64,000 nucleotides of DNA. Origin: Sandaracinaceae bacterium. GTDB lineage: Bacteria; Myxococcota_A; Polyangia; Polyangiales; Sandaracinaceae. The notes beneath the pieces were generated by a model that saw only the letters and a list, made by a program, of their open reading frames with translations, did not search any database and was not told the origin of the DNA. Made by a program: the position numbers and the translations under genes. This document shows positions 28,660 to 39,132 of this stretch, in pieces; the first letter of the stretch is position 1, and every line of letters starts with the position of its first letter. The stretch is taken from NCBI GenBank assembly GCA_044220955.1, contig JBGAQA010000014.1:1-64000 (forward strand), written 5' to 3'.

Positions 28660-30903
28660 ATGAGCGAAACGCCCACCACACCGAACGCGGCCGACCTCGA
28701 CGAGGGCGCGCCCGACTTCAAGGAGTACCTCCAAGCCCTCCGACGCTACGTCTGGCTGGTGGTGCTGTTCGTGGTGGCGTCCGTCGGCGTCGCCGTCGCG
28801 GTGACCTCCCGGCAGCAGCGTCTGTACGAGGCCATGTGCACGATCGAGTACGACCCAAACCCGCCGCGGCCGCTCGGGGCCGACGTGGAGGACGTGGCCG
28901 AGCCGCTGCAGAACTTCTGGATCACCCGCGAGTTCTTCGAGACGCAGAATCGCATCATCGCGAGCCGCCTCGTCGCGGAGCGGGTGGTCGAGCGCTTGGG
29001 CCTGCACCACGACCGCGATTTCGTCGGCGACTCCGAGCTCCCCGAGGACTGGCCCGGCGTCACCGTCACGGAGGCGGCGCTCATTCTCCAGAGCCGCCTC
29101 ACCGTCGTTCAGGTCGAGGACACGCGCCTCGTGACCATCCACGTGCGCGACGGGAGCCCTGAGCGCGCTGCGCTGCTCGCGAACACCGTCGCGGACGTGT
29201 ACATCGACAAGACGCTCGAGGATCGCATGGCCTCGACCGTCTCGTCTCTCGAGTGGCTCGGGACGCAGCTCGACTCGCTCCGCACCGAGCTCGATGACTC
29301 AGAGCGGGCGCTTCACGCGTTCAAGCAGGACCACAACATATTGTCCGTCTCCCTCGAAGACCGTCAGAACCTGGTGGCTGCCGAGCTCGAGCACTTCTCG
29401 AGCGCGCTCGGCGACGCCAGGACCGAGCGGATCCAGCGGCGGGCTCACCTCACGAGGCTACGTGCGCTCCGCGACGCCGACACCGACGGTATGGGCGCTG
29501 GTTTCGATGACGTCCCCGTCGTGGCAACCCTCCAGGCATCGCTGCGGAGCGCGCTCGCGGAGCGGGAGACGCTCGCGCTGCGTTACGGCCCGGAGCATCC
29601 CGAGATGCGCGAGGCCGAAGGGAGGATCGCCACCCTGCGTGCGCAGGTGCGTGCCGAGATCGACGGGTTGGTTCGCAGCGCCGAGGCGGACGTGACCGAG
29701 GCGGCCGAGATCGAGGCGAGCTTCCGCCAGGCCGTCGCGGACGCGAACACGGCCGGTCTCGAGGTCAACCTCCTCGAGATCGAGTACACGCAACTGAGCC
29801 GCACTCGAGAGAACAACGAGAAGCTCTACGGTGTCGTCCTCGAACGCACGACCGAGACCGATCTGACGCGAATGCTGCGCGTCACGCACGTGCGGATCGT
29901 CGACCGCGCGCTCGATCCCGGTGCGCCGGTCACTCCCCGAGTGACCATCAACCTCGCCGTCGGCGCGGGCATCGGTGTCCTGCTCGGGCTGCTCGTCGCC
30001 ATCGTGCTGGGCCGTCTCGATCGGAGGGTGAAGGGCCCGCGAGACGTCGAGCAGCAGGGCCTCACGCTGCTGGGCGTCGTGCCGATGATCGACACATCCA
30101 ATCCCACCGCGTACGCCCGCAAGAGTCGCAGCAACAGGTCTCCGCCGACCACCGAATTCAACCCGGACGTCATCACCCACACGCATCCACTCTCGGCGAT
30201 CGCGGAGAATTGTCGAACGATCCGGACCAACCTGATGTTCGCAGGCGCGGCGCCGCTCCGGGCGATCTGCATCTCGAGCGCGAGTCCCCAGGACGGCAAG
30301 ACGACCGTGACCGCGAACCTCGCAATCTCGATCGCCCAGAGCGGCAAGCGGGTCGTCGTCATCGACACCGACATGCGCCGTCCGCGCGTTCACAAGGCGT
30401 TCGGCGTGTCGGGGAAGCGCGGGATCACGTCGGTCATCGTCGGTGAGGCCACGCTCGACGACGTCGTCCAAGAGACCGCGATCCCCAACCTCTCGGTCAT
30501 CGCCTGCGGTCCGATCCCGCCCAACCCTGCCGAGTTGCTGCACCGGCAACGCTTCATCGAGAGCATCGCCGAGGCACGGGGCAAGTACGACATGGTCATC
30601 TTCGACACGCCTCCGCTCAGCGCGGTCGCCGACGCGGCGGTGCTCGCGCCCCAGACCGATGGGATGCTCGTGGTGGTCCGGGCGAACTCGACGACGCGCG
30701 ACGCGATCCGGCTGGTGCTCCGTCAGATGCGCGACGTGGGCGCGCGAGTCATCGGCGGAGTGATGAATGCCATGGATCCGCGCACCGGCGACCGAGACCA
30801 GTACTACTACTACTACGGTCGCGGCGAGTACTACGCCCAGGACGACCCTCCGCCGCCGCCTCCTGCAGCGCCCCCGAGCTCGGCCGAGGGCTCGGCAGAG
30901 TAA
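28660..30903 (+). CDS. wzc: Wzc-type polysaccharide co-polymerase with fused tyrosine autokinase
   Basis: Two TMs around a coiled-coil region, Walker A PQDGKTT, IDTDMRRP, IFDTPP and C-terminal tyrosine cluster YYYYYGRGEYY. Confidence 0.93.
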   Translation: MSETPTTPNAADLDEGAPDFKEYLQALRRYVWLVVLFVVASVGVAVAVTSRQQRLYEAMCTIEYDPNPPRPLGADVEDVAEPLQNFWITREFFETQNRIIASRLVAERVVERLGLHHDRDFVGDSELPEDWPGVTVTEAALILQSRLTVVQVEDTRLVTIHVRDGSPERAALLANTVADVYIDKTLEDRMASTVSSLEWLGTQLDSLRTELDDSERALHAFKQDHNILSVSLEDRQNLVAAELEHFSSALGDARTERIQRRAHLTRLRALRDADTDGMGAGFDDVPVVATLQASLRSALAERETLALRYGPEHPEMREAEGRIATLRAQVRAEIDGLVRSAEADVTEAAEIEASFRQAVADANTAGLEVNLLEIEYTQLSRTRENNEKLYGVVLERTTETDLTRMLRVTHVRIVDRALDPGAPVTPRVTINLAVGAGIGVLLGLLVAIVLGRLDRRVKGPRDVEQQGLTLLGVVPMIDTSNPTAYARKSRSNRSPPTTEFNPDVITHTHPLSAIAENCRTIRTNLMFAGAAPLRAICISSASPQDGKTTVTANLAISIAQSGKRVVVIDTDMRRPRVHKAFGVSGKRGITSVIVGEATLDDVVQETAIPNLSVIACGPIPPNPAELLHRQRFIESIAEARGKYDMVIFDTPPLSAVADAAVLAPQTDGMLVVVRANSTTRDAIRLVLRQMRDVGARVIGGVMNAMDPRTGDRDQYYYYYGRGEYYAQDDPPPPPPAAPPSSAEGSAE

Positions 30904-30905
30904 CC

Positions 30906-32171
30906 GTGTTCGTCGCGGCCTTCGTCATCCCCGCGCTCGGAGCCGCACTCCTGGCGCTCTCCACGGCCGCCGTGAGCGAGTCGCGCGAGCGCGCTCGGAT
31001 GATGCAAGTCCAGATGGCCGCGTTCGGTGTCCGTCTCGTCCTCTTCGAGGGCGTCATGCGTCGTGTCGCGTTCTTCAGCCACGGCGTGGCGGGCGGCGAT
31101 TGCCTGGGATACCAGGCCAACGGATCCGTCATCGCGCAGCTGTGGCACTTCACGCACGTCCACTTCGTCACGGAGTCGGAGATGCCGCAGCTGGGGCAGG
31201 CCTCGCTGCCTTGCAACCTGCTCGCACTCTTCGAGTACCTCGGCGGCGAGCCGGCGCCCTTGGCCGGCACCGCCGTGAACGCTTTCCTGGCCGGGTGGAC
31301 CACTCTCCTCGTGTACCGGTTCATTCGCGACCAGGGTGCCGATGCGGTGATCGCCGAGCGCGTGATGCTGCTCGTCCTCTTCGGTCCTTCGTTCCTCTAT
31401 CACACCTCGGACACCTACAAGGATGGGCCGAACGCGTTCCTGGTCATCGCCAGCTTGCTCAACGCGGTTCGCCTGGCGCAGCACTTCAGCCTCGCGCGGC
31501 TCGGCTACCTGCTGCTCTCGCTCTTCTTTCTGTGGTTCGTCCGACATTACATGGTGTTCCTCTGCCTCGCTCCGCTGGCGCTGGGGTTCGTGGGTGTCGG
31601 CCGGGCGACCCTCCCGCGACGCCTCGCGGCGGCGGCGTTCCTCGTGGCGATCGTCGCCGCGCTCTTCTACACGGGCTCTGGCGTTCGAGCCGTCGATGCG
31701 GCAGCGGAGACCTACGCACACGCCACGAGTGCCAACGTTCTCGCGTACAATGCCGGCGGGTTCGATCGCCATCAGGTCGCCGGATCGGGCGTCATGACGT
31801 CGAACTACTTCGAGGCGCTCGTGTACACGATCGCGGCCCCCTTCCCGTGGCAGCTCGGCTCGTTCGGCATGCAACTCGGCAAGATCGAAGCGCTGATCCT
31901 CTACTGGTTCATCTACACCGTGTACAAGAACCGGGCGCGCCTCTGGGCGGACCATCGCGCGATCGTGATCATGCTCGCCGCGTTCATCGTCCCGTCCACC
32001 CTCGCGTATGCGGCGACCATGTCCAACGTCGGCCTGATCGTCCGGCAACGGATGCCGATCGTGATCGCCGTCGCGATTCTGGCCGGTATCGCATATCAGA
32101 AGGAGACGAAGAAGGTTCCGCTGCGCCAGCCGGTGCGGCCAAGCCGTGGCGGGGCAAGAGGATGGACCTGA
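30906..32171 (+). CDS. Polytopic membrane protein, candidate Wzy/GT-C polymerase
   Basis: Roughly 10 hydrophobic segments, GDCLGY and YKDG loop motifs, late NVGLIVRQR; begins 2 bp after wzc. Confidence 0.55.
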   Translation: MFVAAFVIPALGAALLALSTAAVSESRERARMMQVQMAAFGVRLVLFEGVMRRVAFFSHGVAGGDCLGYQANGSVIAQLWHFTHVHFVTESEMPQLGQASLPCNLLALFEYLGGEPAPLAGTAVNAFLAGWTTLLVYRFIRDQGADAVIAERVMLLVLFGPSFLYHTSDTYKDGPNAFLVIASLLNAVRLAQHFSLARLGYLLLSLFFLWFVRHYMVFLCLAPLALGFVGVGRATLPRRLAAAAFLVAIVAALFYTGSGVRAVDAAAETYAHATSANVLAYNAGGFDRHQVAGSGVMTSNYFEALVYTIAAPFPWQLGSFGMQLGKIEALILYWFIYTVYKNRARLWADHRAIVIMLAAFIVPSTLAYAATMSNVGLIVRQRMPIVIAVAILAGIAYQKETKKVPLRQPVRPSRGGARGWT

Positions 32172-33082
32172 AACAGCGCTCCCGTCGGACCGCGCTCGTC
32201 ACCGGTGTGTACGGTTTCGTCGGTCGTCACCTCGCAGCGCGGCTGCGCGAGTCGGGCACCACGGTCGTCGGAATCGATCTGCTGGGCACGGACCGGGTCG
32301 ACCTGCTCGATGCGCCTCGTGTCGCCCAGGTGGTGCGGGAGCACCGTCCCGATCGCGTCTTCCACCTCGGTGGGCTCCTGCGCGGCGATCCCCGCGCGGT
32401 CTACGACGCGAACGTCGATGGCACTCTGCACATCTTGGAGGCCGTCGCGATCCACGCGCCACGGGCGCATGTGGTCGTCGTGAGCTCGAGCGCCGTGTAC
32501 GGAACCCGCGACGAGGGAGCGCTCGACGAAGATCGCGCGCTGCGCCCGTCGTCGCACTACGGTGCGAGCAAGGTAGCCCAGGAGGCGGTCGCCCTGCGCT
32601 ATCACACGGCTTCGGACATGCGGGTGATGGTGGCGAGGCCGTTCAACGTCGTCGGCCCAGGCCAGCCCGTGGGACTGGCGGCGGGTGCGTTCGCGTCGCA
32701 GATCGCGGCGGCCGAGCGGGTGGGTGGGGGTGACCTCCACGTCGGAGACCTGTCGGCCACGCGCGACTTCGTGGATGTGCGTGACGTCGCGCGCGCTCTC
32801 TGCATCATCGCCGAGGCCGGTCGCGGCGGCGGCGTCTACAACGTCTGCACGGGAGAGGGCACCTCGATGGAGGACTGCGTCGATGCGTTCGTCCGCAAGT
32901 CGCGCGTACCCGTACGGATGGTGCGCGCCGCCGGGGCGCCGAAGAACGGCCACGACCGACAGGTCGGCTGCCCGAGGCGTGTCTGCGCGGATACCGGATG
33001 GCGTCCCGAGGTCGACCTCCATTCATCGATCGAGGATCTCTTGGAATTCTACCGATCCTCCAGCCAAGAGGGTGCATCGTGA
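32162..33082 (+). CDS. Extended SDR, Rmd-like NDP-4-keto-6-deoxyhexose reductase
   Basis: LVTGVYGFVG, SSSAVYG, YGASK, RPFNVVGPGQ, FASQIA and RDFVDVRDV. Confidence 0.78.
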   Translation: MDLKQRSRRTALVTGVYGFVGRHLAARLRESGTTVVGIDLLGTDRVDLLDAPRVAQVVREHRPDRVFHLGGLLRGDPRAVYDANVDGTLHILEAVAIHAPRAHVVVVSSSAVYGTRDEGALDEDRALRPSSHYGASKVAQEAVALRYHTASDMRVMVARPFNVVGPGQPVGLAAGAFASQIAAAERVGGGDLHVGDLSATRDFVDVRDVARALCIIAEAGRGGGVYNVCTGEGTSMEDCVDAFVRKSRVPVRMVRAAGAPKNGHDRQVGCPRRVCADTGWRPEVDLHSSIEDLLEFYRSSSQEGAS

Positions 33083-34071
33083 CGCTGCGCGGAATGACCG
33101 TTCTCGTGACCGGGGCAGGGGGCTTCATCGGGAGTCACCTGAGCGAGCGGTTGGTCGAAGAGGGCGCGCGCGTCCGGGCCTTCGTTCGCTACAACTCGCG
33201 CGGGGACATCGGCAGCCTGCGGTATGCGTCACGCGCGCACGTCGCCGCGATGGAGATCATACGGGGCGATCTCCGCGATTCCGAGGCGGTGCGCGGTGCG
33301 GTCCGGGGAGTCGAGTGCGTCTTCCACCTCGGGGCACTGATCGCGATTCCGTATTCCTACGTGAACCCGCGCGAGGTCGCCGACGTGAACGTGATGGGCA
33401 CGTTCAACGTGCTCGCCGCGGCGCGGCACGAGGAGGTGCGGCGTTTGATCCATACCTCCACGAGCGAGGTCTTCGGCACGGCGCGGTACGTCCCCATGGA
33501 CGAGCAGCACCCGCTTCAGGGCCAGTCTCCGTATTCGGCCACGAAGATCGCAGCGGACAAGCTGGTCGAGAGCTTCCATCGCTCGTTCGAGCTGGCGACG
33601 GTGACGGTGCGCCCATTCAACACGTACGGGCCGCGGCAATCGGCGCGTGCGATCATCCCGACCATCATCTCCCAGGCGCTGACCCGAGACGAGATCCGGC
33701 TCGGGAGCCTCGCCCCGTCGCGCGATCTGACGTTCGTGGCCGACACGGTCGATGGCTTCGTGCGGGCGGCTGACGCCGAAGGGGCGGCCGTCGGGAGCGA
33801 AGTCAACCTCGGCACCGGCGTCGGCGTGACGATCGGCGAACTCGCGGAGCGGATCTTCGCGATCGTGGGAAAGAAGCCGCGCATCGTCACCGATGAGCAG
33901 CGCGTTCGACCCGAGAAGAGCGAGGTTCTCCGGCTTCTCTCGTCCAACGCGCGTGCCGCGGAGATTCTCGGCTGGCGTCCGCGCGTGGGCCTCGATGACG
34001 GTCTGCTGCAGACGGTCGCGTGGATTCGCGAGAACCTGTCCGACTATCGGCCGGACGAGTACACCGTCTAA
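33079..34071 (+). CDS. NDP-sugar 4,6-dehydratase, LegB-like
   Basis: VTGAGGFIGSHL, GALIAIPYSY, TSTSEVFG, QSPYSATK, RPFNTYGPRQS and RVRPEKSEV. Start GTG at 33079. Confidence 0.85.
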   Translation: MTLRGMTVLVTGAGGFIGSHLSERLVEEGARVRAFVRYNSRGDIGSLRYASRAHVAAMEIIRGDLRDSEAVRGAVRGVECVFHLGALIAIPYSYVNPREVADVNVMGTFNVLAAARHEEVRRLIHTSTSEVFGTARYVPMDEQHPLQGQSPYSATKIAADKLVESFHRSFELATVTVRPFNTYGPRQSARAIIPTIISQALTRDEIRLGSLAPSRDLTFVADTVDGFVRAADAEGAAVGSEVNLGTGVGVTIGELAERIFAIVGKKPRIVTDEQRVRPEKSEVLRLLSSNARAAEILGWRPRVGLDDGLLQTVAWIRENLSDYRPDEYTV

Positions 34072-34084
34072 TCTGGGAGTCAGC

Positions 34085-34798
34085 ATGCGCGCGGTCGTTC
34101 TGGCAGGGGGAAAGGGCACCCGTCTTGCCCCGTACACGACGGTGCTTCCGAAGCCGCTCATGCCGATCGGGGATCTGCCGATTCTCGAGGTCGTCCTGCG
34201 ACAGCTCGCGGCGCACGGCGTCGATCGCGTGTCGCTCGCCGTGGGCCATCTCGCCGAGCTCCTGATGGCGTTCTGCGGCGACGGCAGCCGCTTCGGAGTG
34301 CGGCTCGACTACTCGCGCGAGGAGCGGCCCCTCGGGACTGCAGGGCCGATCGGGCTCGTGGGGGACCAGCCGGAGACGTTCCTCGTGATGAACGGCGATC
34401 TCCTCACGACGATCGACTACACGCGCATGCTCGAGGCGCACCGCAGCTCGGGCGCGATCGCGACGGTGGCGACGTACCAGAAGACGGTCAAGATCGACCT
34501 CGGCGTCCTGCGGTTGGCGGACGACGGGCTGATCACCGACTACATCGAGAAGCCCACGATGCAATACGACGTGAGCATGGGCATCTACGTGTTCGAGCCG
34601 CGCGTGGTGGCGTTCATCGAGAAGGACCACCGGCTCGACCTGCCGGACCTCGTGAAGCTCCTCCTGGCGCGAGGAGAACGTGTCTCGTCTTACCGCCACG
34701 CCGGCTATTGGCTCGACATCGGGCGTCCCGACGACTACCAAGAAGCGGTGCGTGAGTTCGAGGCGCACCGCGAGGACTTCCTACCCCGAGCGCGCTGA
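34085..34798 (+). CDS. Sugar-phosphate nucleotidyltransferase (mannose-1-P guanylyltransferase-like)
   Basis: LAGGKGTRLAP..PKPL, PLGTAG, VMNGDLL and YWLDIG. Confidence 0.9.
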   Translation: MRAVVLAGGKGTRLAPYTTVLPKPLMPIGDLPILEVVLRQLAAHGVDRVSLAVGHLAELLMAFCGDGSRFGVRLDYSREERPLGTAGPIGLVGDQPETFLVMNGDLLTTIDYTRMLEAHRSSGAIATVATYQKTVKIDLGVLRLADDGLITDYIEKPTMQYDVSMGIYVFEPRVVAFIEKDHRLDLPDLVKLLLARGERVSSYRHAGYWLDIGRPDDYQEAVREFEAHREDFLPRAR

Positions 34799-36060
34799 TG
34801 AGGGACGAGACCGTATTCGTCTCCACGGGGTCCTACCCGTGGGACGTCGCCGCCGAGCGGACGTTTCTCGACCTGGAGGTGGAGGTTCTGCGCGAGCGCT
34901 TCGGCCACGTGGTGCTGGTCCCCGAGAGCACCCAGGGGAACCGTGCCGCGACTCATGCCGCCGTCGAGGTGGACGCTTCGTACGCACGCGAGCGGGGCTC
35001 GCTGACCAAGCGTGATCTTGTGCTCCGCGCGTTGCGCACCAAGCTCGTCGTCGAGGACGTCGCCCACCGCGGAACCCTCGCGCTCGGCCGCCGGCCGCTG
35101 CGGGAGCTGGTGCGTCACGCCGCCCTCGCTCACCACGCGCGCGACTGGGCGGTCCGCGCCGTGCGGCGTCGGGGTCTCACGCCGGAACGAGTGGTGTTCT
35201 ACTCGTTCTGGTGGACGGCCTGCGCTACGGGGTTCGGGCTGGCACGCGCCGCGCTGCCCCGACTCCGCGTGGTGACGCGCGCCCATGGCTTCGACCTGTA
35301 CGAAGAGCGGCACAGCCCCCCGTACATCCCGGGGCGACGGGCCGCCCTTCGGTTGCTCGACGGTGTCTTTCCCGACTCGGACCGCGGCACGGTCTACCTC
35401 GCGGCGGCGGCGTCGAGGGCGGGGACGTGGTGCGAGACGGCGCGTCTCGGCGTGGCCGACCCACGTGTCCTCTGCTCACCCTCTGGCGATGGGGTCCTGC
35501 GCCTGGTCAGCTGCTCGTTCCAAGTCCCGGTGAAGCGACTCGATCTCCTCCTCTCGGGCGTCGCGGCGCTCGCGCGGCAGCGTCCGTCGCTGCGGGTCGA
35601 GTGGACGCATTTCGGCACGGGCAAGCTGCAGGACGAGCTCACGACCGCGGCGCATCGGATCTTTCCGCCCAACGCGACGGTCCGGTTCGAAGGATACGCG
35701 ACGCAGCGCGCGCTCTTCGACTGGTACGGGGCCCACCCGATCGACGTGTTCGTGAACGTGAGCGCCAGCGAGGGCACTCCGGTGTCCATCATGGAGGCGA
35801 TCGCGTGCGGGATCCCGGTGCTTGCCACGGCGGTCGGGGGCAATCCGGAGATCGTGGAGGCGCGCAACGGCCTGCTCTTGCCCGCTGACCCGGGGCCCGA
35901 GGAGGTCGCACGTGGACTCGCCGCGTTCGCCTCCGGAGGCGGATCTCTCGGCGCGCTGCGAGCGGGGAGCCGCGCCGTGTGGGCCGAGAAGTACGACGCC
36001 AGCCGGAACTACGCCGCGTTCGCGGACTTGCTCGCGTCCTGCCGCCGCCCGGAGGTGTGA
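34798..36060 (+). CDS. GT-B glycosyltransferase
   Basis: YSFW, TRAHGFDLY, VKRLDL and FVNVSASEGTPVSIMEA..ATAVGG. Confidence 0.88.
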   Translation: MRDETVFVSTGSYPWDVAAERTFLDLEVEVLRERFGHVVLVPESTQGNRAATHAAVEVDASYARERGSLTKRDLVLRALRTKLVVEDVAHRGTLALGRRPLRELVRHAALAHHARDWAVRAVRRRGLTPERVVFYSFWWTACATGFGLARAALPRLRVVTRAHGFDLYEERHSPPYIPGRRAALRLLDGVFPDSDRGTVYLAAAASRAGTWCETARLGVADPRVLCSPSGDGVLRLVSCSFQVPVKRLDLLLSGVAALARQRPSLRVEWTHFGTGKLQDELTTAAHRIFPPNATVRFEGYATQRALFDWYGAHPIDVFVNVSASEGTPVSIMEAIACGIPVLATAVGGNPEIVEARNGLLLPADPGPEEVARGLAAFASGGGSLGALRAGSRAVWAEKYDASRNYAAFADLLASCRRPEV

Positions 36061-36082
36061 CCGTCTCGTGACGCCGCGCGGT

Positions 36083-37213
36083 TCATGCGCCGGTCGCTGG
36101 CGCGGCCGGCGGCCCATCTGCCACAGGGACCCATGACGGCCAGTCCATGTTCCCGTCGCCCTTCGTGACATGCATCCGCGAGAGGTCGTCGCTCGGACGC
36201 GACCCATCGTGCGCGCGTCCGTAGAACAGGACTCCGGGAGGCGCGCAGTCCGGGTCCCATGGCTGCAAGAGGTGTGGGAGGCGGATCGACTCCTCCTCGT
36301 CGCCATCGAAACCGCCGACGGAGACGAGGCCATGGACGAATCGCTCGGAGACTCCGAAGGCATCCGCGTAGGCACAGTCGGCGCCGCGACCGAACGCGAC
36401 GATCGCCGACGCCAACGCGCGCTCCTGGCCGGGCTCCGCAAGTAGCTCGAGCACTCTCAGCACTCGGCCAGGTCTCTCGCGGACCGTCTCGACGCGTACC
36501 ACGGCGACCCCGCGCGGATCGTCCGCCGTGCCCAGGTGGAGGAACTGGTAGTCGAGCAGTGGATGAGTCACGTACCTCCAATCGAGGAACGCGTGGTCCC
36601 GGACGAAGCCAGTCGCGCCCGCGAGCGCGCGCTGGGCGAGCATGGTGGTCCCCGAGCTCGCGCCGCGAGCTACGTGGAAGCGTTCTGTCGGCTCGCCCCG
36701 CGCGACGCGCGCGCGAAGTCGAGCCGAGGTCGCCGCGTCGGGCGCCACGGCGAGGGGCTCGGACGCCGCGGGGTCCAGGACGAGGAGCCAGCGCTTGCAC
36801 CGATGCAGATACCGGAATCCGAGCTTCCGGTAGATCGTCAGCGCGGCGGGCGTCACCGAGCGGCCGAAGAGGAACTCGTATTGTGCGGTCGCGAACTGCA
36901 TGATCGCCATGCCGACGCCGCGTCCCCGCGCCGCCGGTGGGGAGAGCCAAGAGATCAAGTGCGCACCTTCGATCACGCGCCCGGCGTGCGTGGCCTTCAT
37001 CGGCACGACGCCGAGGAACGAGAGCAGCGTGCCGTCGTCGTCGAGGGCGACGATGCTGCGATCACGTCCGCCAGCACCCGGGGCCTTCGCGAACTGCCAG
37101 TCGTAGAACGCGCGGTTCAGCAGAAGGCAGTGTGAACGCCAGTAGTGCTCGCGGTGCAGTCGCTCCACGAGGGCGACGTGCTCCGGCTCGACCTCGAGGA
37201 CGCGAATGCCCAA
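36083..37213 (-). CDS. GNAT-fold putative acyltransferase
   Basis: FYDWQF, acyl-CoA motif A-like ARGRGVG, IYRKLGF and a second half starting RDHAFLDWRY. Start probably TTG 37213; the longer ORF overlaps the cmcI-like gene. Confidence 0.6.
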   Translation of the reverse strand: MGIRVLEVEPEHVALVERLHREHYWRSHCLLLNRAFYDWQFAKAPGAGGRDRSIVALDDDGTLLSFLGVVPMKATHAGRVIEGAHLISWLSPPAARGRGVGMAIMQFATAQYEFLFGRSVTPAALTIYRKLGFRYLHRCKRWLLVLDPAASEPLAVAPDAATSARLRARVARGEPTERFHVARGASSGTTMLAQRALAGATGFVRDHAFLDWRYVTHPLLDYQFLHLGTADDPRGVAVVRVETVRERPGRVLRVLELLAEPGQERALASAIVAFGRGADCAYADAFGVSERFVHGLVSVGGFDGDEEESIRLPHLLQPWDPDCAPPGVLFYGRAHDGSRPSDDLSRMHVTKGDGNMDWPSWVPVADGPPAAPATGA

Positions 37214-37223
37214 GCGGTTCCCG

Positions 37224-37961
37224 TCAGCGCACGAGACGCTTGAGGTAGCCGTCTGGCCCAACCGTGAGCAGCAGCTTGGCCTCGAGGTCACGATCGATCT
37301 CGAAGTCGGATCGGCTCTGGAGGAACTGGTGGACCGCCGTCTTCGGGTTGTTTCCGCGCCCCCACGGCCGGTCCTTGAAGAAGCCTTCGGGCATGTCCTC
37401 GACGATGGTGTCGAGAACGACGAGGTAGTTTCCGGGGGTGACGAGCGGCGCGTAGCACTCGAGCTCGGACAGCACGTGCTCGTGTGTGTGGTTCGAGTCG
37501 AGCACGACGAGGACGCTCGGCTGCCCCCTCGCGGCGTCGCGCGCCCGAGACACGATCGAGGGGTCGACGGACGAGCCCTGCAGCAGGGTGATCTTGCTCG
37601 CGAGGGGATGGGCCTCGATTGCGGCTCGATTGTGCGGGCGGATGTCGATGTCGATGCCGAGGACGCGGCGCTCGCCCCCGAGCATCGCGAGCAGCGAAGC
37701 GTAGAAGACGAGGGAGCCGCCACGTGCGACGCCGGTCTCGATCACCAACGTCGGGCGCGTGGCCCACACGATCTCCTGGAGGGCCATGAGATCCTGCGGG
37801 AACTGGATGACCGGAAGACCCAACCATCGGAAGTTGTACGTGTATCTGTGCTGGGACGTCCGCACGATCCAATCCATGGTCTCGCGCTTGAGCTCCGCAT
37901 CGGCAGCCATCGCGCGTGCGTTCTCGCGACAGACCCTGTCGAATTCGTCGATGTCGGACAT
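37224..37961 (-). CDS. Cephalosporin hydroxylase (CmcI)/rhamnosyl O-methyltransferase family protein
   Basis: YTYNFRWLGLPVIQFPQD, IETGVARGGS, LDSNHTHEHV and WGRGNNPKTA. Confidence 0.9.
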   Translation of the reverse strand: MSDIDEFDRVCRENARAMAADAELKRETMDWIVRTSQHRYTYNFRWLGLPVIQFPQDLMALQEIVWATRPTLVIETGVARGGSLVFYASLLAMLGGERRVLGIDIDIRPHNRAAIEAHPLASKITLLQGSSVDPSIVSRARDAARGQPSVLVVLDSNHTHEHVLSELECYAPLVTPGNYLVVLDTIVEDMPEGFFKDRPWGRGNNPKTAVHQFLQSRSDFEIDRDLEAKLLLTVGPDGYLKRLVR

Positions 37962-38001
37962 GAGTTCCTTTTCACGAATGGAGTGATCGATCTCGTCATG
38001 G

Positions 38002-39132
38002 TCACGAGACTGCGGATCGCACCGCAGACGCGACGCGCTGGACGTCGGCGCGCGTCAACTGCAGACCGGACGGCAGGTTCAGCGCGAAGGGCGCGATCGC
38101 ATGCGCGACCCGATTCCGCTCGCGGCCGGCGGCGGCCTCGTGGGTGGCCTCGTACGCGGGGAGCGTACTCAGTGGGTGGAAGAACGGACGAGTGTCGATC
38201 CCGCGGGCATCGAGCCGTGCGGCGAGCACCGACTTCGTGATGCCGAGCTTCGGATCGAGCACGACCGTCACCATCCAGAAGGTGCTCGTGGCGCCCTGCG
38301 GCTCCGCGTTCAGCGAGAGACCGGTGACTCCTTCGAGCGCCTCGCAGTACCACTCGAAGATCCGGCGTTTCTGCGCGACGAGTTCCGGGAGCCGCTCGAG
38401 CTGGGCCAGTCCCAGCGCGGCCTGCATCGAGCTCATCTTGTACTTGAACCCGACCTCCACGTTGTAGAAGTTCTTGTCGCCGGGCTTGCGACCGTGGTCC
38501 CGCAACTGCTGGACCCGCGCGAGCAGGGGCTCGTCGTCCGTCGCCAGCATCCCTCCCTCGCCCGTCGTCAGCGTCTTGGACCCGTGGAAGCTGAACACGG
38601 CGGCGCGGCCGAAAGAGCCCGCTGGCTTGCCGTGGTAGGTGGCGCCCACGGCCTCCGCGGCGTCCTCGACGACCTCGACTCCGTGCTCTCGCGCGATCCC
38701 GATGAGCGTGTCGTAGTCGGCGACGTTGCCATAGAGGTCGACGGGGATGACCGCCCGGGTGCGAGGCGTGATGCACGCGCGGAAGGACTCGGGCGACAGG
38801 CACCACGTCTGCGGGTCGATGTCCGCGAAGACCGTCGTCGCGCCCACGTACGTGATCGGCGCGGCCGACGCGATCCACGTGCAGTCGGGCACGATGACCT
38901 CGTCGCCAGGGCCGATTCCGAGACCGGCGAGGGCGAGGTGAATCCCGGACGTGCACGACGGCAGGGTCACGGCTGCGCGGACGCCGAGATGCGCCGCGAA
39001 CGCGCGCTCGAAGCGTTCGTTGAACACGTTCGCGTTCCCGAACCATGCGTTCGTGACGGCGTCGGTGACGTAGCGGATCTCGCGCTCGGTGATCGAGGGC
39101 CCGGAGACCGGAATTCGCTGAGTGTCGCCCAC
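38002..39132 (-). CDS. DegT/DnrJ/EryC1/StrS PLP-dependent sugar aminotransferase
   Basis: [18 protein letters not shown] and FSFHGSKTLTTGEGG. Confidence 0.92.
   Translation of the reverse strand: MGDTQRIPVSGPSITEREIRYVTDAVTNAWFGNANVFNERFERAFAAHLGVRAAVTLPSCTSGIHLALAGLGIGPGDEVIVPDCTWIASAAPITYVGATTVFADIDPQTWCLSPESFRACITPRTRAVIPVDLYGNVADYDTLIGIAREHGVEVVEDAAEAVGATYHGKPAGSFGRAAVFSFHGSKTLTTGEGGMLATDDEPLLARVQQLRDHGRKPGDKNFYNVEVGFKYKMSSMQAALGLAQLERLPELVAQKRRIFEWYCEALEGVTGLSLNAEPQGATSTFWMVTVVLDPKLGITKSVLAARLDARGIDTRPFFHPLSTLPAYEATHEAAAGRERNRVAHAIAPFALNLPSGLQLTRADVQRVASAVRSAVS

Noticed and set aside
30802..30816. (TAC)5 repeat as a phase-variation tract
   Set aside because: It is an in-frame triplet encoding the normal Wzc tyrosine cluster.
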